Shown here: positions 10,658-24,821 of the stretch, in pieces
How the letters are laid out: the number at the start of each line of letters is the position of its first letter
Position numbering within the stretch: the stretch's first letter is position 1
Assembly: GCA_951406725.2 (NCBI GenBank)
Contig: OX597817.1
Coordinates: 15,190,001 to 15,254,000, forward strand
Length of the DNA stretch: 64,000 nucleotides
Reading direction: 5' to 3'
DNA from: Octopus vulgaris
Taxonomy: Eukaryota
Program-made: the position numbers and the translations under genes
The notes under the pieces: generated by a model
Database searches by the model: none
What the model saw: the letters and a program-made list of their open reading frames with translations, nothing else
What the model was told of the DNA's origin: nothing

Positions 10658-12434
10658 CTAATCAAAAGAGAGAAAAACTAAACCTAATTTTGGATAGAAA
10701 AACATTTAATAATAACTGAGATGAAATAAAAGATGTTATAGCTATTTAAATAAAATCATAAAACTGAAATATAAAAACCAAACAAAGTATTTACAGTTTA
10801 TTAAAGAAAAATTGAATGAAATTAAAATGAAATTCTTATGACTGTGATAATGTAAAGCAAAAGAAAATAATTGCTTTGGGAACAGAATATAAAATAAAAT
10901 TATATATAAAGAATTAGAAATGTAATTTTTAAGAAAAAGGAAAAAAAAAATGCATGTATATTGTGGGTAGGGTATTAAACTGCATCTGGAGGTGAGACTC
11001 CAGTTCATGAGTTCTGGAGTTGTGGGGAGCATGGAGTCACCCCTTAATTACAATTTCTCTCAGGTCCCTTCTGATCTGGAATGATAGTGTCTGTCCAGGT
11101 CCCATCTATGAGTTAAATAGATTTCCGAGGGCTAGAGGAAGCTCCCATTATTTTTGACAAAGCTACAGGGAAAGCAGTCCTTCTAGGAGAGAAAGATACT
11201 CTGACATAAAACTTGCAGTCAAAATAGTACCAGTCATCTTGCAATACTTATCACTGGAACCAATTCTATGGTGACCGAGAGAGTGGTAAAAGTGTCGTAC
11301 AAGGTTTTATCACTCAAATCCAATTGATGTACAGATGTCTCACTATCATATGAACGCGAGACAGCTATCATCTGACAAGATGGGGCATTTATCATCATCT
11401 GTACATTTGTGCTTGCTGCAGTTTTCTATCATATGTTATTAACATTTCTGGGGCTGAATGTTTGTTTGTATTCTACAACCTAGCAGATATCATATTTGTG
11501 AGAAAACTGATTTGCAACCTATTTTTGTGCTTGCTTCATCTCACAAAACAGGCCCTTTAGTAGAGAACCTTAGGGCTTCAGAAGGCACTTATATTTGCAA
11601 AATGTTTATTTTATGGTTGTATGAAAATATTGAGATATTTTGTGCAAAAACACAGAAAACTTAAAACAAAAAAAAATCTGGCCCACAATCCCCCTGCCAA
11701 AAAAAAACAAACAGAAAATTTAGAAAAAATAATAGTAATAAAAATCGTATCATGTGTATATGTATACATGTGTGTATTATTGGTACTAGGAAAGGCATCC
11801 TGCCATAGAAACCATGCCAAAGCAGTCATTGGAGTCATCTGACTTGTCAGATCCTGTTGAACTGTTCAACTGATGCCAGCATAGAAGATGGACATAGTAT
11901 GATGATGATATATATAAATATATATATATACATATATATAATGGAGATGACAACCTAATTTTCACCAGGCATGTGAGCTATGCAAATATCTAAAACACAA
12001 AAATACTTGCCCTATATCTATCTATACATAAATGACAGCTAAATTACATTGAAGCTACAAATGCCAGAATCCACAATCTCTTGATGTCTCATAGTGACTT
12101 CACATGCATAACATTGAAAAAGACCACCACAAAGGCTAATCCTCTACTTCAGAGTCACAAAATACTTCAGCCCTAATCCAGTTACTACTCATTTTATAAA
12201 TTAAGACCAACAGTAGAGAACTGCTCAAATATCTGGCAGAGTATTGATCTTCCACACACAAATATACCCAAATTAACCATCTCACTGACTAAGAAAGACT
12301 TACCATTACACAACAACTAGCTTACAAAACCCTTAGCTCTGTCTATTCCACACCATTTTGACCGAAGTCCATCCCTCCTTCCATAGTTATTCCAACTGTA
12401 TCTTTCAGCCAACCAACCCCATGATAAAAATATT

Positions 12435-12790
12435 CTTTTACTTGTTTCAGTCATTTGACTATGGCCATTCTGGAGCATTACCTTTAGTTGAACAAATCAA
12501 CCCCAGGACTTATTCTTTGAAGCCTAGCACTTATTCTATCGGTCTCTTTTGCCAAACTGCTAAGTTATGGGGGACGTAAACACGCCAACATCAGTTGTCA
12601 AGCGATGGTGGGGAGGGCAAACGCAGACACACAAACATATATGATGGGATTCTTTCAGTTTCCTTCTACCAAATCTGCCCACAAGGCTTTAGTTGGCCTG
12701 AGGCTATAGCAGAAGACGTCACACAATAGGACTGAACCTAATTTCACATAGTTGGGAAGCAAGCTTCTTACCACACAGCCACACCTGTGC
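12435..12790 (-). mobile_element. Older OR2-like SINE copy
   Basis: Diverged family match with deletions. Confidence 0.8.
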
Positions 12791-12989
12791 AATCTTTTTT
12801 TTGCTAGAACATCTCTCTGAAATTCTTTTCTTGTCCAATGCTTTCCTAAATGCTTCAACTAAATCATTATTGATCTCACCAATCTAGGAGGGTCAGCAAA
12901 AGGCGTAAGTAAAAAAAAAAATATATTACTAAAATATTGTTTTTAAATTCTTCAGATAAAAAAATTATTTTTCTCACTACTAATGATAT

Positions 12990-13332
12990 TTACTCTTTTA
13001 CTCGTTTCAGTCATTTGACTGCGGCCATGCTGGAGCACCACCTTTAGTACTTATTCTATCGGTCTCTTTTTGCCGAACCGCTAAGTGACGGGGACGTAAA
13101 CACACCAGCATCGGTTGTCAAGCAATGCGAGGGGGACAAACACAGACACACAAACACACACACATATACATATATACGACAGGCTTCTTTCAGTTTCTGT
13201 CTACCAAATCCACTCACAAGGCATTGGTCGGCCTGGGGCTATAGCAGAAGACACTTGCTCAAGATGCCACGCAGTGGGACTGAACCCGCAACCGTGTGGT
13301 TGGTTAGCAAGCTACTTACCACACAGCCACTA
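12990..13332 (-). mobile_element. OR2-like CORE-SINE with internal deletion
   Basis: Family match lacking ~40 bp after CCTTTAGT. Confidence 0.88.
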
Positions 13333-13849
13333 CTGGCAGGAATAAAAGTATCTCTATGGTTTGCTGGGCTACCACGTTAGTGATTAAATCACAGAGCACC
13401 TGCCAAATAATTGATGGTTTAAATTATGTCAGTGGACTAATTTCTTTTTCTATCTCAAACAGGAGCATATAATGATCAATATAATTTTATTTCATTCATA
13501 AAATTCTTTATTAAATGGGTTATATATGTGTATAAAATAATTCCCCAATGAAATTACACATTTATATATTTAAAAAAAAATTTTTTTTAAATTTAATTTA
13601 ATTTTTTTTTCATCTAGTTTCAGCTCACAAGCTGTGGCCATGCTGGGGCACCGCCATTTTACATTGAAAATCTTGGCAACCATTTCATTCACATCGATAA
13701 TATTGCTTAGCATATATATCATAAAAGGGATTGTATATGTATTTATTCTCTAGATAAGGCTGCTGGGAAAGAAAATGTAAAAGAAGGTCTCTAATAGTAG
13801 AAAAAGAAAAGGATAAAATATAACATTGACATAGATGCCAACTTAAAGA

Positions 13850-15160
13850 ATGCCATGGTGCTGAAATATGCAAATGACATCAAGCTGTATCTTGAGATGA
13901 AAAGGACAGATCCTGAACTCTGTAGATCTTTCCTGCAATTGGACCTGGACACAATGCAACAGTGGATCACGGAGTGGCAACTCAAGCTGACTGAGGATAA
14001 GTGTACCACCACACATTTTGGGAGGAAAAACCCAGCATCCACATACTCTCTCCACAACACTAATATCAAGAAATCTTCTTGTGAACATGATCTGGGCATT
14101 GCTGTCAGCAGTGATTTTCACTGGACAAAACACATCTCTAAAACTGTCAAGGTCGAGGGTGTGTTGGCATCACTCAGCAAGACCATTGTCAGCCACTTTC
14201 CAGCTATCTATTTAAAGTTGTATATGGCTATGGTGCGGCCACACTTGAAATTTGTGTCACCAGTTTGGAATCCTTATTTTACTTAGGACATTGACCTTCT
14301 GGAAACTGTTCAACCAAATGAATACCCTCCATCAGGCATCCACCATACTCTGAATGTCTTGCTTCCCTGGGCATAGTTACATTGAAGCTCCGAGGTCTGG
14401 CAACTGACTTAGTAAACACCCACAAAATTATTAACCATCATGCCAACAACAAACACCTTTTTGAGCTCCATGTGTCTAACACATGTGGGCATGCCTACAA
14501 AGTCAGAAAACAGCACAACTCTTGTGACTTTTAGAAACATTTTTTCACACTCAGAGATGCTGAGGCATAGAACAAACTATCTGCATCAGTTGTTAGTTGC
14601 CGAGACATTGCATCATTTAAAACCTCCATGCTTCCTGAAATTCACCCACACTACACTTGATATCCACACCTTCCATACGCATACACAGATGTTGCTCACA
14701 ACATCATAAGCGGAAAGTGTAACCTCTCGAAAGAGCTGTTCTTCACTCCTGCTCCAGAGCGTTGGCTGCGGGGTCATTCCGAAAAGCTCTATCTGCGACG
14801 ATTTCATCTCAATCGAAGGAGAGGAGCTTTCTCAATCCAGGTTGCGGATCCGTGGAATAAGCTGCCAGACGAGATGGTGAAGATGCCCGACGACCGCTCG
14901 GTTCAAAGTCTCTCTTGACCAGAAATGGCCTGAACACTTTACATGAACACCACCCTGTACATAACTCCATGTCCCCCTACACGGCCTTGCTTTTTGCTTT
15001 TTGAGCCCAAATTAACTAACTAACTAACATATCATGACTCATACACTTCACTTTCCTGACTTTTGCGCATAATTCTATATACTGTATGTCCATCTTTGAT
15101 GATTTGTAGTGCAACTGAGCACTATACACAATAATTTCATAATAATAATAATAATAATTA
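13850..15160 (+). mobile_element. Decayed CR1-type LINE RT C-terminus, interrupted by a younger CR1 insertion
   Basis: KYANDIKL (YADD motif), LQLDLDTMQQWITEWQLKL, LYMAMVRPHLKFVSPVWNP; stops and frameshifts; (TAA)n tail near 15140-15160. Confidence 0.85.
14692..15028 (+). mobile_element. Young CR1-type LINE 3' end with (TAAC)n tail
   Basis: LRGHSEKL..RRGAFS..RVADPWNKLP, followed by the (TAAC)n tail. Confidence 0.9.
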
Positions 15161-16324
15161 TAATAAGTAGGGAAGGTGGCATATGATGGATAACTGAGAC
15201 TAGCTTTTAGCTACCTAAATAAAATTTGTAGAGATGAATTCTGAAATAAATTGCATAACAATAAAAAACAGTATTTATCTCATTTGTTAGTGTTCTATCT
15301 TTTAACAGTATTTCTGTTAACTTGCTTTCCTCATCATGTCATTGTTGACAGGAATGTTTTGGGATCTCGTTACTCGAGGTCAGATTATAAATCATTATTC
15401 TTTTTAATTGAAGTAATTTACAGATAACATAATTCCATCAAGCCAGTTCTCTCTCTCACTCTCTCTATGCCACACACACACACATTTATACAGACATACA
15501 ATTTCATTATTAGAATGAGAGATGGTGAATTAATTGCCTGGAAATAAAAGTCATATTAATGATCACAAGAGCTATAAATTTAGAAGGCATAAAAAACTCA
15601 TTTTGCTTCATTAGCAATTTTAATAAAAGAAAACAACAAAAAAAGATTCTATAAAGTTAATTCTGTACACACACACAAACATGTATGTATAAGATCTAAT
15701 CTGTGAGCCTGGAAAAAATAATAAATAAATGAGAGAAAAAATAAAAACTTGTACTTATATTGACATTTACAATGGTATGGAATGGAAAGAAAGAAAAAAA
15801 GAAACAAAGAAAAATTTACTCTGAAATTAATTATTACTAAATTAATATGGATTTACTGAAATGTTAAATTCATATTTTGTCCTTGTTTCTATACTACATT
15901 TTCATTAAAAAATTGTGTGGCTTATGCATTGCAAGAAGTTGATTTATAGTTGTAAAGATGAATAATTAGATTTGTTACTAAGATGTGATTTGAACTATAT
16001 TCACTGTCACATCTGCCACTTAATACAGAGTAATATAAATGACTATCAAACACTAATGAGGCTCAACAATGACTAGTCTAACTGCTTCAATGTATAACCA
16101 TAATCCTTGTTGAAAGTGGTAAGGGAGCTGAGACAATGTAGGGTCTTTGTGGTTGCTACAACAAATAATTTGTTAAGCTGATGGAAATGACGAGATGGTC
16201 ATCATTTTTTACCTTTAATTGTACAATACTGAGTATTTGCCTACTCTGTATGCTCCAGCTGTTAAGCAATTAACAATAGTTCTTAATTTTGAGATTTTGT
16301 GTGAGTTGTGACATAAGTAAAGAT

Positions 16325-16755
16325 GTTAGTTAGTTAATTTTTTGGCTCAAAAAGCAAAAAGCAAGGCCATGTAGGGGGACATGGAGTTATGTACAGGGTG
16401 GTGTTCATGTAAAGAGTTCAGGCCACTTGAGGTCAAGGGAGACTTTGAACCGAGCGGTCGTCGGCATCTTCACCATCTCGTCTGGCAGCTTATTCCACGG
16501 ATCCGCAGACGGAGAAAGCCCCTCTCCTTCGATTGAGATGAAATCGTCGCAGATAGAGCTTTTCGGAATGACCCCGCAGCCGACGCTCTGGAGCAGGAGT
16601 GAAGAACAGCTCTTTCGAGAGGTTACACTTTCCGCTTATGATGTTGTGAGCAAGAATGAGATCTCCACGTCGTCGTCGTTTTTCTAGAGAATAAAGGTCG
16701 AGCGTCTTCAGCCTTTCTTCATAAGACAAATTCTTGAGACCAAGAACCATGCGGG
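16325..16755 (-). mobile_element. Young CR1-type LINE 3' end with (TAAC)n tail
   Basis: LSYEERLKTLDLYSLEKRRRRGDLI is a typical CR1 C-terminus. Inverted relative to 14692-15028. Confidence 0.92.
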
Positions 16756-17692
16756 TTCATCAATGGTTATATTGATCACTGGCTCAAATATTTATGTTAC
16801 TTTCACCAATAGTTAGCAAAGTGGGTTTTAAATAAATGAAAACTTAGTCAATGATAGATACTAGTGGGTGGCCACTGTTAAAAATGTGGCTTTGACTGAA
16901 AGATTAAGATAAGCCTTGCAAGCTTAACTTACTCTTTTGGTCAGGTGAGTTAACAGCAATTTTTGCTTCTTACTAAAGAGTACTATAGAATATATCTATA
17001 GTTTTTTTTAGCCAACACTGTATATATAAACATAGTTAAACATTTTGTATACACAGTATTTTTATGGACAGAAAAAGAGGGATTAAATAGATTAGTTTCA
17101 ATTCTGTGTTAGGATTTCATCAGTGATTGAGTAACTTTTTTTAACTGCTCACGGACACACTACTTATAAACTCACTATTACTAAGGGCTTAAGTCAATTG
17201 GACAGCCAGTTTGCTTATTTAACTGGTTAACTCCTCTTTTTTTTTTGTTGTCAAAGAAATTATATATATATACAGATAAGATGTTTGCATCTGTCTATGC
17301 ATACAATGTTGGGTAAAATCTATCAATTATATTTTGTAGTGCAATATAAAATATCTGTAAGAAACAAAAGTTCAAATACAGTACAAAGATAAGCATACAC
17401 ATAGAAATAGCAGAATTGTGGATGACGAGGAAAAGAATCAAGTAGAAAGAAAGGCAAATAATTAAAACATCTACAACATCCTTTCACTAGCTCAATATGA
17501 ATTTTAAAACTGATGTTTAAAAGGTTTTCTAAACAAAATCCAAACTAAAGGACTTTAAACCGGCTATTACATGAGAAACTGGTATTAACTTGGGACTAAA
17601 AATAAACATACACGAATAAATACTGACAGGATTTGAGATCCTTATGCAGATCTATATCATAAATAAAGGGAACCCTCAGAGGTCAAAAAGGT

Positions 17693-18009
17693 TTAACCCC
17701 TTACCTGGCAGAAACGAATATATGCGTTTTGACTGAAATCGTTTTTTTCTATCTCTGGCGAGTTAACTCGTCAAAAGATAGACTCGCCAAAATCGACAAT
17801 AAACGAGTTCCTTCGTCTAAAAACGGGTTAACTCGTTTCTGCCCAAAGCGGTAATTTAAAAATCAATATTATTGAATTAAAATTCATAATAAATAAGGTT
17901 TGAAATATACCTCGAAATCACCATTCAAAACATAGTAAAATAAAACAATTAAAAAATATGTCTGAAAAAATACATTTATTTTCAAAATAATTGTTGGGTA
18001 AGGGGTTAA
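17693..18009. mobile_element. piggyBac-type MITE (TTAA TSD)
   Basis: TTAA-CCCCTTACC ... GGTAAGGGG-TTAA terminal inverted repeats. Confidence 0.8.
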
Positions 18010-18269
18010 TAAACTTATAGTTGGATTTATTCTTTAATGCACAACCCTTAACTACTGAATTGTAATGGTGTTTCTCAAACTGATAAAATCAAAACAAGTA
18101 AAGTATCTAGTTAGTCAATAGTAGTTTGAGTTTATACATTTATTGTAAATTGTTATTAGAATATGATTAAATAAGTTACTGGTTTGAAGGTAATTCACAA
18201 TTAAGGAATTCTTAATCGGTTTTCAATCAAAATTACTAACTGAACATACTTTTGTTACCTATGGTCACA

Positions 18270-19025
18270 ATATTATTATTATCTTATGTTTGACTTTTGC
18301 TTTGCATTTGTACAAGATGGCTCCAAGTTTCACCCAAAGACCTCAAGAGACAAGTTAGAAGTTCATGTTGGTATTATGCCTAGGGTGCCACATATTTGGT
18401 TTTGTACATAGTGTTGTTGTAGAGAATGTTTAAGAAACCATAAGAAAATTATGTGTTTGTTATAAAAATTTGAGATTACATAGACAGTATTTTATGTGGG
18501 ATATGGGCAGTTCCCATGAGCACTATCTTTTGAATTTCTGCCATTTTGGGGTTTCTTGGTATCTGAGCTAGGTAGCAATCAGCCCCTTTTACTATCATTC
18601 CTAGGGCACCTATGACAACAGGTATTGTTTTAGTCTTCTGGTTCTACATTTTGCTAATTTCTATTTCAAGATCTTTATACTTGCTCAGTTTTTGGTAGGT
18701 CTTGACAGACACGTTTATATCGATTGGGACAGTCATATCATTGAGGAGGCATGAATTTTTGTCTTAAGTCTTTCAATATGATGTCTGGCCTATTTGCATC
18801 TATCTTTCTGTCAGTTTGAATGGTGACGTTCCAGAGGAGTGAGATGTGATCATTTTCAAGCACTGGGGGTGGTTTGTGTTTCCACCAGTTTTTATCATGG
18901 AGCAAGTCCAGGTTTTTGAAAATTACCCAGTGAATATACTGTGCAGCTCTATCATGCCTGTTGAGATACTCTGTAGGTGCAAGAAAACTGCACATGGAGA
19001 CAACATGATCAATTTTGTAGCTGGA
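18270..19025 (-). mobile_element. R4/Dong-type RLE non-LTR retrotransposon 3' fragment
   Basis: IDHVVSMC..YLNRHD..WNVTIQTDRKIDANRPDI, then KLSKYKDL and PVVIGALG (restriction-like endonuclease); (TAA)n tail. Confidence 0.85.
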
Positions 19026-19854
19026 TGTCCTTCCTCTCACTAACCTTTACCACTTTTTCAAATAAGGGATGTTTTATTCCGTTGGTCACTGAATGTGCTG
19101 AGCAACCAGTCGTAATGTCATCAAGGAATGTAAACATCATATCCTCATTTCACTCAGAGGGGGATGAAATGAAGTCAAGGAATATCAGCATTCTTACATG
19201 ACAGGCTTCTGTACAGTTTCTGTCTACCAATTCCACTCACAAGGTATTGGATGGCCTGGAGCTGTAGCAGAAGATACTTGCTCAAGATGCACTCACTCAC
19301 ACACACAAATACAACTGATTTGTAGGACATTAAACAGGGAGAGAGAGAGAGAGGGAGAGTTATTAGGAGGGAGGAATGGATTTAAAATTTTCCGGTTTCA
19401 ATGATTCATTTAAGGGTGGGACAGATCATTTCTTTTAGACAATATGAAATGAAGTAATGAATGTGACAAACTCTTAATTAACATTAATCAGCATGTATAC
19501 ACCCTACTCCCACACAAGAGATCTACGGCCTAAGCATTGTTTGTACACCAAAATTTATGTGTGAGCATGCATACATACACACACCCACCCATATCATAAC
19601 TGCATTTGACTGGATAGTTTCTGAAAGTTAAAAATTTGCATATGTCCTAAAAGCAGAGTTCAGGGATTATCTTCCAACTATACAGGAAGGGCTAAATATA
19701 GTAACATGCCTGCGAGGAAGACGATTGTGAGAACTTTCACTTACAAAACAATTAAAATGATGCAATATGATATATGACAGTATAGAAGTATAAGAATAAT
19801 AGATGAAAGCTTTTCCATACATAATGATTATGTTAATGAGGGCGAATGATATTG

Positions 19855-19873
19855 AGAGAGAGAGAGAGAGAGG

Positions 19874-19937
<64 letters not shown>
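19855..19937. repeat. (GA)n microsatellite
   Basis: Seen directly. Confidence 0.95.
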
Positions 19938-19939
<2 letters not shown>

Positions 19940-20419
19940 AAGTTGAGATTTTGACTGATAGTAAGAAAGAATGGAAGACTAAATAAGACTAATAAAAGGA
20001 TGATGCATTTAAAATATCCAAAGAAACACAAACACACATACATAGAAGATTAGTTTGAGTTAATTCTGTGACAAGGTGTGACTATATGAAGTTGCTTTAG
20101 CTTGGAAACAGACAATAGTCAGAATATTATCAATGTAAGGCAAATGAAAATATTAGCAAATCTTCTGGTTTTGTCTAGTCTGAGACCAAAGATTCTACTT
20201 GAAGTCATCCAAAAACTTGGAAAAGAGAATTCAGTTAGTTTAGAGAAGTTAATGTATGATTGAATTTGTTATTTATTATCATTTAAAAGGAAGTTATGAA
20301 CAAACAATAAATTCTAAAAGCAAGAATATATGGTTTTGTTTTCTTGAGATGTGAAATGTCTGTGTTTCATAGCAGTTGAAGGCACTATGCACCAGCTATG
20401 GTAAATGGTTGTAGAAATA

Positions 20420-21515
20420 TTAACCCTTTCGTTACCAAACCGCCCAAAGCCGCCCGAAAAAATTTTTGGTTAATGTGACCAAACCGCCCAAACCCGCCCG
20501 TATTTACCTATTCATATTTAAATGAGAATATCAGAGCAAATCTCTTTAGTACATTCGTGAAAACACGTGATTATACTTCGTAAACAGTTTATCTACAGTT
20601 TTGTACAACGATCGAAGGGTAATTTTAATTCCATGAATTTTGGGAGATTTTTTTTCCGAAATTTGTTCCTATTGTGTTTTCAAAATTTGTAATTCTGACA
20701 AAAAATGGATACGAATTTCATTATATCAAGCAGCGAGTCAGAATTTGAAGGATTTTCTACTGAAGACCTTGATAAATCTAACTCTATGACTGAAAAAAAA
20801 AGCACGTGGTATTTGATAATGAATCTGATGTTTCATTTTCCGAAAGTGAAAACAGTGAATCCGAGAGCTCTGACAGCGATAAAGAAAATGAATTGGCACC
20901 TGAATGGAGTGAAAATTTAAAAACTGTTTCTTTCGGTGATTTTTCTGAAGAAACTGGACCAAGCCACAGACTTTCCCAGGAGAGTAAAGTGATAGACTAT
21001 TTCTTTTTACTTTTTCCGATGAGTCTATTTGAACTCATTACGGCGAAAACGAACTGTTACGCTAAATGTGAACAAAGCGAAAGAAGGGATAGTTTGTGGT
21101 TTCCCACAACCTTAAATGAAATTAAGACTATTTTGCCATAAATATTATTATGGGTATCAGGAAGTTACCCAGAATAACAAATACTATCGTAAAATTTTGT
21201 TGTATACCCAATTGAATATTAGCTAATAACCCATTTTCTATAGCGATGTTTGAACAAAATTTTAATAATTTTATATTTTGTTGAATTTACCTGTATCTAC
21301 CTGCAATTAGAGTCACTTTGTGACAAAAATTATAGTATGGAATTGGTTGAGAACATTTCATTAAATTATCTTCCAAAAATCACATTAATATATTGATAAA
21401 TAAAAAAAGTTATAGTTGTTTAATGAAACCAGACTAAATTTATGATTACGTTAGAAATTAATTGAAACACATAAGGGGTGTATTTTGGTCAGAAATACAG
21501 TAACGAAAGGGTTAA
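20420..21515 (+). mobile_element. Internally deleted piggyBac element with N-terminal transposase remnant (20706-21180)
   Basis: TTAA-CCCTTTCGTTAC ... GTAACGAAAGGG-TTAA. Acidic N-terminus plus YFFLLFP..LITAKTNCYA..WFPTTLNEIK (PGBD-like). DDD core absent. Confidence 0.88.
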
Positions 21516-22052
21516 ATGCTTTACATTGGGGGTAAAAGCATAATTATTCATATACAGAGTTTTAATTGGAAATATGATTAAGTATTATTTCAAATGATTA
21601 AAACCTTTTTCAGAGGTTTCAAAACAAAAATAATGCATTTATATTAGATTATATGTAAACAGGCAGTAAATAATTAGAGGTAATTGGTTAAAACATAGAA
21701 TTTTCAAATCTGTGTACCGTGTATCTGAAAACATGCAACTGAAGACATATTAATGCTAATGAATCCCTCAAATAAGCAGGTACACACACACGCACACATA
21801 CACACACACACACTGATCTGGAGAAGCATGATTAAAATCTAAGAATGAGTATACTGATCAGTGAATTATATGGAGCTAAAGCAGGAAGCTCAATTAAATG
21901 CTGAAGTTCTGTTTTTAACCCTCATATGTCTCTTAAGCAGCCTGGAACTCAATAAACTAAGGAAAAATGCATGGTCTTTTAAATTATTGAATCAATAAGT
22001 AATCTTCAGAATTTGGAAGTTGTGGAAGGATATATATATATATATATAAATA

Positions 22053-22345
22053 TCACGTGATCATGTGACCGACCAGTCCATCAGATGTAGTTACACATCA
22101 CTGGTCACAATGCATTCGCATTGTTTTAACCTTCGAATGACGCCACCCCGCTGGCTAAGCGAGCAGGCTAACAGAAGAAAGATTGGGAGAAAGAGTGGTG
22201 AAAGAGTACAGCAGGGATCACCACCCCCTGCCGGAGCCTCGTGGAGCTTTTAGGTGTTTTCGCTCAATAAACACTCACAAAACCCGGTCTGGGAATCGAA
22301 ACCGCGAGTCCGCTGCCCTAACCACTGGGCCATTGCGCCTCCACA
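22053..22345 (-). mobile_element. Third tRNA-derived SINE family
   Basis: Head GTGGAGGCGCAATGGCCCAGTGGTTAGGGCAGCGGACTCGCGGTTTCGATTCCC (A/B boxes), inserted in (TA)n. Confidence 0.75.
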
Positions 22346-23548
22346 TATATATAAATAAATATATATATAACTTAAGTACTGTTAGTGAAGACTTTATGTT
22401 TAAGTAATTGACATTATTAAAATGAAAATAAGGGCCATGCAAAGAATTGACATGTGAAGTTTGAGTATTAAATTAATAGTGGTGCTGTTTAGGTCATGTA
22501 ACCACAGTAAATTAATCAGTGATGGTGCTACAATTAGTGATAGATTTGTGACTAGAATTTGAAATGGAAGGCTGAAATTTTGAAAACTCTCCCTACTCTA
22601 ACAAGGATGAGGGCTAGCTGTAAGACATGGCTGTGAAATGAGGTTGATGAAAATTGAGCATCATCGCAAACAGACTTATTAGGGAGCGGTAGCTATTTTT
22701 AAAAGAAATGTTAATATAATTTTTTATTAACAGATTCTTGAATTTAGTTTGCTTTTATTCATTCAATTAGTACCTAGTTTATTAGTTTTAGGTTCCTCTA
22801 GCTTTTTTCTTTTTACTGAGGAGATCAGCTTTAGATTTAGCGAGTAAGTATTTAAAATGATATTAAAACATCTCAATAATAATATTACAAAATCAAATTC
22901 CTAGATATTTTAATCTGCATTGATAAGCTAATCCTTAACTCAGTTTGGATTAAATTTTAAGCTCATCGTAATAGCTTTCACATTAATCTATTTTACCATT
23001 ACTATTGAAACTAGTGTTGATACAATAATTGAACTGGAATCTTTCAACATGCATTGCAAAATAGATTTTGTTCTAAAATATTTATAAGAACTAATTATCG
23101 ATAAACTGTATACATCACTTCAACATTTTCCCATTTGATAAAATATAATTGGTATGGATATTTTCCATCATATCTATGTTCTGATCAGAACGCAAAGGGA
23201 TTCATTTTCCTCTTGTACACATGTATATAATATATATTACTCATTCTTTCATATAACGTCTGGTTTTTTTTTTGATAGACAGCTTGGGTTAGTCAAGGGT
23301 CAGGGACATATTTGAGGGAGGATTTTATGGCCAGATGCTCTTCTTATAACCAACCAGTGCCTGTTTTTCAAGAAAGTTTTTTTTTTTTCTATTCCACAGG
23401 TCTTTGAAATCACAGAGCAACAGGTCATGTCAACAAGAAATGTGAACATTGCTCAATGTTTTGATCAAGCGAAGCTACAGAATGTCAACATTCACTTGCA
23501 TTAATACACATGACAAACTGTTATGTATATTAGTGTGTGTATATATAT

Positions 23549-23908
23549 AGGCACAGGAGTGGCTGTGTGGTAAGTAGCTTGTTTACCAACCACATGGTTC
23601 CGGGTTCAGTCCCACTACGTGGCACCTTGGGTAAGTGTCTTCTACTATAGCCTCATACCGACCAAAGCCTTGTGAGTGGATCTGGTAGACGAAAACTATA
23701 TATGCGTGTGTGTGTCTGTGTTTGTCCCCCTAGCATTGCTTGACAACCGATGCTGGTGTGTTTATGTCCCCGTTACTTAGCGGTTCGGCAAAAGAGACCG
23801 ATAGAATAAGTACTGGGTTTACAAAAGAATAAGTCCCGGGGTTGAGTTGCTCGATTAAAGGCGCTGCTCCAGCATGGCCGCAGTCAAATGACTGAAACAA
23901 GTAAAAGA

Positions 23909-23910
<2 letters not shown>
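23549..23910 (+). mobile_element. OR2-like CORE-SINE
   Basis: Family match. Confidence 0.9.
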
Positions 23911-23943
<33 letters not shown>

Positions 23944-24425
23944 TATATACACACATACAGGCATACATCATTGGACATATGAAAGTATGATGTGCATGTG
24001 TGCACATATTAGTCTGACCTCTTGATACCCACTCACCCCATCCAACACCCATATCACTTACCCCTCACATCACATTTCTCTGTCACTCATCCTATCTATC
24101 ACCCATACTTCTGCCATCCATGCTTTTATCTGTCTTAGTTGTGCTTCCTGTGTCAATACCCCCATTATTAATTTTTCTCTCATCAATTGCTCTGGACAAT
24201 GCTGTTAGTGTAACGAAGACTGGCCCTGGGTCTCTCTCTCTCTTCTGTTCTCCACAGACTACACTCTCCCTATCTCCCATGCCTTTGTTGCCTCTCTTCT
24301 GCTTGCCACACATTACATTCTTCCACCTATTCTTATTGCTTGTCTCTCAATCACTCCTTCCTTTCTTGAATTCTTAATGTCCTAAGTTTCCAATACGACC
24401 GAAGATAGAAGTGGATTGCTTTTGA

Positions 24426-24821
24426 TTACTCTTTTACTTGTTTCAGTCATTTGACTGCGGCCATGCTGGAGCACCGCCTTTAGTCGAGCAAATCGACCCC
24501 GGGACTTATTCTTTGTAAGCCCAGTACTTATTCTCTCGGTCTCTTTTGCCGAACTGCTAAGTGACGGGGACGTAAACACACCAGCATTGGTTGTCAAGCA
24601 ATGCTAGGGGGACAAACACAGACACATACACACACATATATATATACATACATATATACGACAGGCTTCTTTCAGTTTCTGTCTACCAAATCCACTTACA
24701 AGGCATTGGTCGGCCCGGGGCTATAGCAGAAGACACTTGCCCAAGATGCCACGCAGTGGGACTGAACCCGGAACCATGTGGTTGGTTAGCAAGCTACTTA
24801 CCACACAGCCACTCCTGCACC
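24426..24821 (-). mobile_element. OR2-like CORE-SINE
   Basis: Family match, inverted ~515 bp from the 23549 copy. Confidence 0.9.
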
